The position numbers and the translations under genes are program-made. Below, one piece after another: positions 24,234-32,623 of a stretch of DNA of 64,000 nucleotides; the first letter of the stretch is position 1; each line of letters begins with the position of its first letter. The notes beneath the pieces are model-generated. The model did not search any database and was not told the origin of the DNA. It worked only from the letters and a program-made list of their open reading frames with translations. The stretch comes from Piedraia hortae CBS 480.64. Lineage: Eukaryota. The DNA lies in assembly GCA_010093745.1 (NCBI GenBank), contig MU005989.1:2776-66775 (forward strand). The letters run 5' to 3'.

Positions 24234-24743
24234 TTACAATTCAATCTCCAAAAACACCCTGTCAGTAGGAGCGTTCCCGATGATGACGAGTTCAAAGCCA
24301 ACCCAGGCCACAAGGTCTTTGGCTTCCTGCTTGCTATCCTTGTGCAGTGCCACGATTAGCTTGTTCGCCCCAAGAACGTCGCCTGCTAGTTCCATTAGGG
24401 ATATTAGCCTATTGCAAGGTCAGCGACTAAGACAACACAACCTACAACGTCGACATACCCATTCCGGCCGATAGTGTCAAAGAACGCATAGACTGTTTTG
24501 TGGGTGACGAAACCCAGGATGCTCTTCTCATCGCGATACCACAGATTGAAGTTGGATTCCGGCTGGAGACCAAGGGAAGAGCTGTAGGGCTCGCACTCGC
24601 GGAGAATGGTCGAGGGCGCGCTGTCGTCTGTTGTATAAGTGGTTCCCTCAAACCCACCACCCCGGGCCTTTGCCCCCAGGAGAGGTGGATGTCATGTAAT
24701 ATCCGCGAAGTTTGTGACCGTTTAAAACGTAGGCTGATGCCAT
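24234..24743 (-). CDS. OAZ1: Ornithine decarboxylase antizyme (+1 programmed frameshift, 1 intron; ~152 aa)
   Basis: ORF1 24743-24648 is MASAYVLNGHKLRGYYMTSTSPGGKGPGWWV*. The +1 frame from 24649 reads EGTT...STILRECE...LW...ILGFVTHKTVYAFFD...G, then intron 24458-24409, then LISLMELAGDVLGANKLIVALHK...DLVAWVGFELV...DRVFLEIEL*. These match fungal antizyme motifs (LMALIELA, L.WVGFE). Confidence 0.9.
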
Positions 24744-24874
24744 AATTGATTGTCAGGTAGCAGTCGTAGATTTGGAGTAATGCTGTTGTACGAGTCGGAG
24801 AAAGTGTAGCGGAGAATGGGAAAGTTGAGGTTAATCTCGGAAGAGGTGGGGATCGTCTGACATCGGAATTACAA

Positions 24875-24904
24875 GCGGGGCGGGGGCGGGGGCGGGGGCA
24901 GGGC
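24875..24904 (+). repeat. G-rich tandem repeat (C/GGGGG)n between the PRP45 stop and the antizyme start
   Basis: GCGGGGCGGGGGCGGGGGCGGGGGCAGGGC: four runs of at least 4 G separated by single C. Confidence 0.7.
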
Positions 24905-24956
24905 AGAAACACGCTAGGTCGATTGCGGAATAGCGTCGGGACGTCAACTGCGAAAA

Positions 24957-26750
24957 CTATCTGGATAGATCCCGCCTGCTTCTTTTTTCCATGGGCCCAT
25001 CATCCTCACTCATCTTGCGCTTGCCGCTACCCCTCTCTCCCGATGCTTCTGCAATCAACGCATCAACCCCAAACGGATCCTTTCCTTCACGATGTGCCTC
25101 AAATTCTACTGGACCGCTCCGTACTTGTGCAACATCGCTCCCCCTGAATCCTTCCTTTGGAGCTTTGCCCAAGGCTTCGAATCGCTTAGCATTCTTGATT
25201 CTGTTCATAGTTTCTCCCTCATCTTCGTCATCGTCCTGGCCAGCTCCAGGCCTGTAGATGCTGTTCAAAGCGTCCCGATCGGCGAACAACGGTTTATCGT
25301 ATGGCTGGTCCTCGTTGAAGCCGGCCGCAAAGCCCGATGACTGGTTGAACAGTCGGCTATCGTACATGGCCTCCCTGCTCTGAGTCGGCTTGGCCAGGCC
25401 CAACGCCACCTTCTCCGAGATGTCGCGGTTCTGCTCCCGAGCCATAACCTGGATGCGACGCTGGTGGCCCATATTCTTCTGGCGCATCTCACGCTGCGCA
25501 ATTCGCCGCCTTTCCTGACGCGCGCGTTCCCGCTCCCGTCGCTCTTCATCGACAGCGTTGCGCGACCGTGAGCGGCGTCGTGGTGGTGTCCTGGTTCGTG
25601 ACCGTGAACGCGAGTACGACGGCGACCGAGAGCGGGACCAAGAACGCGATCGCGAAGAAGAATAGCTTGATCGGCTTGATCGGCTTGATCGACTCGGGCT
25701 GCGGCTCGTTCTCTCCTCGCGGGCCCTGCGCGCTAGCTCCCGTAGCTGCTCCTCTTTCTGCTCTTTCTCTCGTTCCGCTAGCTTCTGTTGCATCAATGCT
25801 CGCTGCTGTACTTCCTCGCGCGCGTGTCTGTCGGCGGCTTCCAGTGCTTCTGCAAACTGCGCAAACTTGTCGTTGTACGTGTTGTCTTGCAGTCCTCTGC
25901 CGTCTGCCGCGAGACGCTTGTCAAGCGGGATAGTGTACCCCTTGGGGTTCTTCCAGTTGGATATTGCTGGCGGGATTCTCCAAGCCTCCTGATCCGCGGC
26001 CGTGAGTTTGCGCGGAGGCGAGTGCATTACAGGCGGTGGCGGACTGGGAGGGCCCCGTGGGATCTTCTTGATTCGGTATTTCGGCGGCTCCATGGGATCC
26101 TGTTGCCGCTGCACAATCTTCATGATGCGCTCTCGCTTCGGCGCAACGTCACCCATCTGGCTCGTGGGCGTGTAGCGCACGAATGTAGGCGCCGCCCGCG
26201 TGGTATTCTTGATGTTCTTCGGCCTTTGGGCCGCCAAAGCACCGTCGACCAAGCCCTGCAAAGCCATCTGAGTCCGCTCCTTAGTTGCTTCAACCTCCTC
26301 CGCGCTCGGCTTCGCAAAGCTGATTTCCCCGATATTAGCACGCTGCCGCAAGGGGATCAAGTCCTTGAAGCTGGTGTGGATGATGCGCCCCTCGCTGTGT
26401 CCTCTACGTGCAATAGCGTCGTATCGCACCTTGCCTTCGGCATCTACCTCTACCGCCAGCGCATTTGAAGAAGAGGGTGTGTTCTTGCGCCCCATTTCTA
26501 GCGGATACTGAGCGACCAGAATTTCGGGAAATGCACCTCCATCTCCAAAGTCCTCCGGACCGCGAGGCCGCCATCCCTTTCGATGGCCATAGGGCGGTGG
26601 CCCCGACCGGCTCACCGCGACTTGCAATTCTTCGAGCTCGCGTGCGGCCACCACGCGAACGCCTTTCGTTTGCGGCGCATCGGGTTCGTTATTGACGTTG
26701 GCATATTTGGGCTTCGGAAGGGCGCGGGACAGCGAGGCTCCAAATGACAT
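24957..26750 (-). CDS. PRP45: Splicing factor PRP45/SKIP (SNW domain)
   Basis: DFGDGGAFPEI..AQYPL.MG, DPMEPPK, PPSPPPPVMHSPPRKLT, IPPAISNWKNPKGYTIPLDKRLAADGRGLQ, RDISEKVALG, YDSRLFNQ. Includes an RS-rich insert. Confidence 0.97.
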   Translation of the reverse strand: MSFGASLSRALPKPKYANVNNEPDAPQTKGVRVVAARELEELQVAVSRSGPPPYGHRKGWRPRGPEDFGDGGAFPEILVAQYPLEMGRKNTPSSSNALAVEVDAEGKVRYDAIARRGHSEGRIIHTSFKDLIPLRQRANIGEISFAKPSAEEVEATKERTQMALQGLVDGALAAQRPKNIKNTTRAAPTFVRYTPTSQMGDVAPKRERIMKIVQRQQDPMEPPKYRIKKIPRGPPSPPPPVMHSPPRKLTAADQEAWRIPPAISNWKNPKGYTIPLDKRLAADGRGLQDNTYNDKFAQFAEALEAADRHAREEVQQRALMQQKLAEREKEQKEEQLRELARRAREERTSRSPSRSSRSSRSSYSSSRSRSWSRSRSPSYSRSRSRTRTPPRRRSRSRNAVDEERRERERARQERRRIAQREMRQKNMGHQRRIQVMAREQNRDISEKVALGLAKPTQSREAMYDSRLFNQSSGFAAGFNEDQPYDKPLFADRDALNSIYRPGAGQDDDEDEGETMNRIKNAKRFEALGKAPKEGFRGSDVAQVRSGPVEFEAHREGKDPFGVDALIAEASGERGSGKRKMSEDDGPMEKRSRRDLSR

Positions 26751-27020
26751 GGTCTGTAAACTGACTTGTCGCCAGACGCGCGCCGTGAGGTTTGGGCGGA
26801 GCAGTTACGCTAAGCTGCATTAGGAAATCGGCACCTCCCTGTTTCTGCCCGTTAAAGGGCCATTTGAGCGAGTCGCGACTTTTTACACGCGCGTTCAGCT
26901 ATCTCACACAGCACTATGCAATTAAAGCCATCGGTGGATCAAATTCGCTAGAAAAGGAACCAGATAGTCTACTTGAAAACTATTTGATGCCTCTCCCGAT
27001 CTCAGATACAATCAGAATAA

Positions 27021-27305
27021 GCTCGTCAGACAGCCAACACCGCCCTCCCGACCAAGTCGGCACGAAGCCAGACACCCAGCCAGGTTGAGATCATCGCCGG
27101 CATTGTATGTGTCCGAAGACGCACAAATGCCCCAAGTGGCAGTCACTCTGAGGCGGTGTGGATCAAATCATCAGCCGAGTTGGAGTCTGTGGCTCTTGTA
27201 GAGAACACAGTAGCGCATGTTTACTATAGAAATGATTCTATGACTGGTAGATGGTCAGCTGTATGGGCGGCGGTAGGGTCGGGTGGTGCTCACAGTAAAG
27301 TCGCT
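27021..27305 (-). ncRNA. U3: U3 snoRNA with a 50-nt spliceosomal intron (27293-27244)
   Basis: Spliced 5' end GCGACTTTACT|TCATAGAATCATTTCTATAG (boxes A'/A), AAGAGCCAC, CCAACTCGGCTGATGA (C'), CAGAGTGA (B), GCGATGATCT (C), GGCTGTCTGACGAG (D), all in U3 order. Intron is GTGAG...GCTGAC...CAG. AT-rich TATA-like element at ~27335-27345. Confidence 0.92.
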
Positions 27306-27659
27306 GAAGAAGAAGAAGAAAAAAGAGAGACAGAAATTATTTAAGGTGGGCGAGTGAGCACGGGCCTTCGGCTCGGCCCCGCCCTTGCCCCTGAACCATG
27401 ATTTGCCATCTGAGCCCAACTATTGCATACAAATTCCTCGCAAGCACTCGATTGCAAAGCATAAATGAAGTTAATCCGCCATATCAGCTTGGATGCTCGA
27501 AACAATGCATGATCTGAAAAATCCTAAATCTAGTGAACCCTCCCAAACTCATGCGAATATATCGTGCCCGGTGAACGCCAACAAAAAGGGACAAACGTGC
27601 TCGAAACATGATGACAAAAAGGTCATCGTTCAGGCGGCAGCAAACGGCTCCAAACTCGT

Positions 27660-29876
27660 TCAAATTCTTTGAAAACTTTGCCTCCTCATTCTTCGTTCAG
27701 AAAGCTCGCTTCCTCTGTCGTGGGCACGTAACGCATCAAGCGTTAGCTGAGCTTGCGGTGAAGCCCTCTGTTTCGGTGGCATTGAAGTGGGCCGTTTCTT
27801 CTGGTGTTGATTTCCAGGTATCTGGCTGGAGCTGGCGCGCCTCATCGGATGTTGATCGGTTGAAGGATCTGGCGCTTTTACCTTACCAGTCCAGGCCACT
27901 TCCAGCAGCCCTTCGGGGTAGAGTTTCCATGCCCGACCATGCGAGTTGCGAAGCATGACGCGTTGTTGACTTATCACCGGTGCTTGGGGCACGCTGCCGG
28001 GTGGGAGCTGCGGAGACTGTAAAGGCGGCGCAAATCCTGTTGCGGCCAGTGGTCGCGAGAACGACATGCGACGGGAGCGGTGCAGGCTCAAGTTTCGGAA
28101 AACTTCACTCTTATCCACGGCCGTGCGCGTCGAGCTTGTGGTTCCAGGCGTTGGCGGCGTGGCAGGCCGGGGCGGAGTCGCACCGGGTGGTCGTGAGATG
28201 CGCACATCGATGACGAATACCCGTTCATCCATGACCGTACGAGATTTGATGGCAATATCAATCTTTTCTGGATCATTGGGCATCCCAATCTCAGCCACGG
28301 TCGGTGTGTTGGGACACCCCCGTTTTACGCTCTCTGCCTCGCCGCAGGTGGCATTGTGGTCGCAGTACCAGTACGAGTGTTTACCCGCCCATGCAGGCCT
28401 TACGCCGTCCCAGTTTCGACCGACGAACAACACACGGAGACCAGGTATCAAATGTCGGGTGAAGGAACGGCCAGTGTCATCGAACTTGACCATCTTGTCA
28501 TAGCCAAATTCAAGGACAAGGTCTCTACCAGAGGGCAACTTCAGCACTGCCATGGCTCGCACTCGAGGGCCACCGGGCAACAACATGGCCAAGCTCTTGG
28601 AGTTCCACCAGTCGCCAGGCTCAACACGGATGACTCTTGTCTTACCTTGCTCACTGTCGCCGGACATGATGAAAACAAATTTGGGTCCGGATGTTTGCGG
28701 TCCCTCTCGGCGACGCACAATATCAAGAGTCTGCATTTCAGCCTGTTTCATCGTCTCGGCGTCAACACCAACTAGACGGGATACAGAGTCCTCGCCTTTG
28801 AATTCGCAAGCAGAGACATAGAACTGGTCGCTGCCGGGATATTGGCGTAGTCTGAGGGCCAAAGAGCCACGCAAATCTGTTTCATGGCGACAGTTCAGCA
28901 CTGCCAGATACACGTTATCGTGCTGGTTCTTTTCAACAATGACAGGCAGTGTTGCGCGGAGACCCCGATTTGTCATGTGGAAGCCTTGGGGCCTGCCCCA
29001 GCTCACAATGTCCTTGCTATCAGAGAAGTTGTCCGGCGACTCGGCCATGAGCTCGTTGTTGTCTGACGTTTCGACAGAAAGCGCAAAGATGGACAAATCA
29101 ACGGTAAAGCGCATGATTTCCTCTTGCAATCGTGCAAAAGCCCGATTACCCTCTCCGTAAAGGATGGACATACTGATGCCAAAGATTCCCAAGAGAGAAT
29201 ATGCACGATCTTCCACCCTAGCACATCGTCGATTCGCTGCCCAAGAAAACCGCTGAGCCACGCTCACAGAAGTCAGCCTTCGATAGTGCGTGAGCACTCC
29301 AACGTCGACGCCAGTAATGCGAGCAATGGTCCGTACCAGCGTCGCCTTCGTTCCCACCAGCCGCCAGGTCTTGCCATAAAATTTGACCCGACGTGGAGCG
29401 ATCAGTTCTGGGAGGGTCCAGCTTCGCGTGAACCAGCGGCAGTTGGCAAAGGCACGGGACCAGAATGTCATTCGCTGCGAGAGGCTTTCCCGCGACTGAG
29501 GTGAGGGTTCGATATCAGAGTCGGACAGCACGGGGCATGAGCCTTCAAGGTCGTCCAAGAAGACATAGCAGGCTTCTGAGTTCTCATACCACCGGTACAT
29601 GGAGTTGACGGCCTCTGTCCATTCACCGCTGCTGTCCTTGTTGATGCAGCAAGTGTCGATCCAGAGCCAGTCGAGACCGTCCTTGCGGGCCTGGAAACAT
29701 GCCCCTGCCAACTTTTTGTAGACACGATTGACCTTGACGCGGACTTTGGAGGCATGATGCAGTTCTTCGAATGAGGCCTCGTTCTCGGTCCAGGTGTGGG
29801 AGAGGATCGCATAGGGCGGAAGCGCGTCGTCTGGAAACTCCTTGAGCTTGTACGTGCGCGCGTCAAGCAAGCGCAT
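27660..29876 (-). CDS. HET-domain (heterokaryon incompatibility, TIR-like) protein
   Basis: MRLL, PPYAILSHTW, WLWIDTCCINKDSS, EAVNSMYRWY..S..CYVFLDD, WFTRSWTLPELIAP, SVAQRFSWAANR...RVEDRAYSLLGIFGISM.ILYGEG.RAF.RLQEEI. Confidence 0.92.
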   Translation of the reverse strand: MRLLDARTYKLKEFPDDALPPYAILSHTWTENEASFEELHHASKVRVKVNRVYKKLAGACFQARKDGLDWLWIDTCCINKDSSGEWTEAVNSMYRWYENSEACYVFLDDLEGSCPVLSDSDIEPSPQSRESLSQRMTFWSRAFANCRWFTRSWTLPELIAPRRVKFYGKTWRLVGTKATLVRTIARITGVDVGVLTHYRRLTSVSVAQRFSWAANRRCARVEDRAYSLLGIFGISMSILYGEGNRAFARLQEEIMRFTVDLSIFALSVETSDNNELMAESPDNFSDSKDIVSWGRPQGFHMTNRGLRATLPVIVEKNQHDNVYLAVLNCRHETDLRGSLALRLRQYPGSDQFYVSACEFKGEDSVSRLVGVDAETMKQAEMQTLDIVRRREGPQTSGPKFVFIMSGDSEQGKTRVIRVEPGDWWNSKSLAMLLPGGPRVRAMAVLKLPSGRDLVLEFGYDKMVKFDDTGRSFTRHLIPGLRVLFVGRNWDGVRPAWAGKHSYWYCDHNATCGEAESVKRGCPNTPTVAEIGMPNDPEKIDIAIKSRTVMDERVFVIDVRISRPPGATPPRPATPPTPGTTSSTRTAVDKSEVFRNLSLHRSRRMSFSRPLAATGFAPPLQSPQLPPGSVPQAPVISQQRVMLRNSHGRAWKLYPEGLLEVAWTGKVKAPDPSTDQHPMRRASSSQIPGNQHQKKRPTSMPPKQRASPQAQLTLDALRAHDRGSELSERRMRRQSFQRI

Positions 29877-30165
29877 CACTGCAGCCAGTGGAGTGGGCGA
29901 AGATCATGTTCGAACTGGGCGCCGTTCCCGCTAAAGTTGTGGATGAGGTGGCTAATCACTTGGGCGCTCGAGTCTGATTGGTTAGCCAATATCAAGGCTG
30001 GGCTTGCGCCAGCCGTTTTTTGGTTGCGTCCCGGCCCGTGCCGCGCCATAATAGTTAGCCGGTCAATCAAAGCCCGTCAATGTACAGTATGCAGGAGCAC
30101 ACGACTATCGTTCCCAAAACCCTTCCACGTGCACACTGACTCGCAACTCCAGCTCAGCTACCACC

Positions 30166-30796
30166 ATGTCTAGTCGCCTCTTGGGCATGAAATTCATGCA
30201 GCGGGCCGCGGCCTCGTCCGAGAAAGACGCAGCCGAGCCCGCTGCCAAACGTCAACGCCTCTCAGCCCCTGCCGCCGACGCGCCTGTGAAGAATGTCCAT
30301 TGGGGCAATGGTAGCGAAACGAAATGGCGGTTAAACGTTCGTGACCTTCCAGTACGCAATTGTGAACCTCCTTTGCGTGTTGTTCCAGCCGGGTTCACAG
30401 TCCTGGATGGAGAAGTAGAAGACGCAGAAGATGAGGACGGCCCCGGCAGGTCAAAGATGGAAGGCCGAAAAAGTTATGGAAAGTTCAACAAGAGCGTCGA
30501 AGTAGATACCCCCGCATGCTTACGTGATTACGCTTACCCATCTATAGCGACAGCAGAATGCAGATGCCACTTCGTTGGAGTCGGAGGAAAGCTTTGATGA
30601 AGACGAGGGAGAGATAGACCCGAGCAGCGACAAGAACAAGGCACCGTTTACTGTTGATCTGGACAAATTGACCAGTATATCAGCTAATGGAAAGCCTTCT
30701 CTTGCCAATGTAGTGTGTCACAAGTGTGGTGGTCGTGGGCACTTGCAACGGAACTGTCCAGACAAGGACTCTAAAAAGAGAAAACCTAAGTCCTAG
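30166..30796 (+). CDS. MPP6-like exosome cofactor with C-terminal CCHC zinc knuckle, 2 exons
   Basis: MSSRLLGMKFMQR and GRKSYGKFN are Mpp6-family motifs. The 46-nt intron 30502-30547 joins in frame to an exon with CHKCGGRGHLQRNC. Confidence 0.7.
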
Positions 30797-30967
30797 GGAT
30801 TTGCCATCGTAACAAAACATCGGCTATAGTAGAATGTAGTCTATGCCGCCCTAGATGCGGATGAATGAAGTACTTGCGTGACGTCTATGGTGGTCTGCCA
30901 CTGTGTGCATGAACCCCCCCGCACAGCGGTTCCCACCTCACTTCAAACACGTAAACGAACAAACAAC

Positions 30968-31404
30968 ATGAACACAGTACGCAAAACCCCGTTCCTAGCC
31001 ATATGTATCCCTTGCATATTAATCGTTTCTTTCAGCGCGCTTCTGTTGCCTACGGCTGGGGCATCCTCGTCGTCGCGGGCGGCGGGAGTTACTACTTTGC
31101 CAAGCGTAGCATCAACGCCGATCGCACCAAAAGAGCCGAAGGCGTGCAACAACAGCGCGAGCGCCAGGAACTTCTGAGACGGCAGGAAGTCGAGCGCACT
31201 CTCCTGCAAAAGGACTCGCCGTCAAGCGACCTTGCTGCAAAACCCGGGGCCAAGAAAAAGAAGCTCGAGGATGACAGAGACCCTAGCCAGCATGGCGCTG
31301 GAGAACCTGCGGCAGTTGAACATGCTGAGCATGCAAAAGCTGGAGGCAGTAAGTGGGAATCTTCAGAGCCGTTTAGGAGTCAAAAAGGAGATCGGTTTAG
31401 TTGA
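30968..31404 (+). CDS. Small single-pass membrane protein (DUF4748-like), 2 exons
   Basis: MNT, intron 30977-31035, then RASVAYGWGILVVAGGGSYYFAKRSINADR...SKWESSEPFRSQKGDRFS. Confidence 0.75.
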
Positions 31405-32623
31405 GAACATCGCCCAACTCGTTAACGGTTGACCCACCCTAGCCGTAGGTGTGGCCTGGGTCTGAGTACCTTGTAAAATATTGATATCTCTCATAGAATT
31501 TCGCTGGATGTGTGCCAGTGACACTGGCGGATGCCGGAAATACACGGTCAAATCGTCATTCAACCTACCATCAATTCAAAGCAACGTTGTCTCTTTCGGC
31601 GCAAAATCAGCAGCATAAAACGGGAAGGGTGATTTGATCCACAATCTAATTGATCGCTAGCCGGCGGTTTTGCAAGAGCTTTATCTGATCGACTTGCAGC
31701 TGTTAAGCTCTGAATCCAGTTGCTCTCGACTCTGAATCGACTCTGCGCGACTCCTTCCTTACTTCTTCCACCCGCACCATCTCGTCTTCGTCAAGGCTCC
31801 ATGGCTACACCCTCAAGAAGGACAGTCACATAATGATACAGGGATGTGCACTCCTTTCTGGGCCCCGGATATGCTTGCGCAATTGTTTGAACCCAACCGA
31901 AGGCCCCCACAAGCATCATCACTACCCCTTTCCATGACTCAAGTGCTGCGCCTTTGTGATGCATCCACAGAACAGAATGTCCGACGGCACCTAGCCCATA
32001 CAGTAGCACTCGCAAATAGCCATGTATGGTTCCAGACGAATAAAAATCAGCCACCAAATGGATCTATACTGGCTCAATGGTCAAAGAAGCTTCTCGTCGC
32101 GTTGGGGTATCCCAAGGTGGTAGACCCAAGATGGCCCTTGGAAAAGAACATCGACCTCCCCGCCAAGCTTATTAGTAAGCGCCGTGGTCGGGGATCGTTT
32201 GTACTTGGCGAAACCCAAACCCCTTTATTCATGCAAAGTCGGGGCGAAAGTTTCCATCTTCCCTTTAGGGCCTTTCACCCTGCCAAGAAAAAGTACGGGT
32301 CATTCAGAACCTTGTCCACAAATAACGATCGGAGACCCATCTTCTAAGTCCAACAAGAAAGTCTCGTGGAGTATACAGAGTTCAAAATCAATAGTACATT
32401 CAAGAAACTTTCCCGCCTGTCTGATGTATTTGCGGTCTGTCTCACACAGATACTGTAGGGAGATATGAAAGTTAAAAAGTACATACGCTCGTCGAACATA
32501 TTATCCGCCTGCCTGGCGCTGTACACCTCGGTTGCGTTCTGCGGGAATGGGGTATCATAAAGCGCTCTGTGTGCGCACATTCTCTCCGTTCGAAAATATT
32601 AACAGCCCTCCAGCCCGCGGATC

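Noticed and set aside
24442..24912. 156-aa minus-strand ORF over the antizyme locus
   Set aside because: Third-frame shadow with a non-ATG start. The antizyme motifs lie in the other two frames.
31790..32580. Coding-like frames on both strands 3' of ASH1
   Set aside because: Interrupted by stops, strand ambiguous, no recognisable family.
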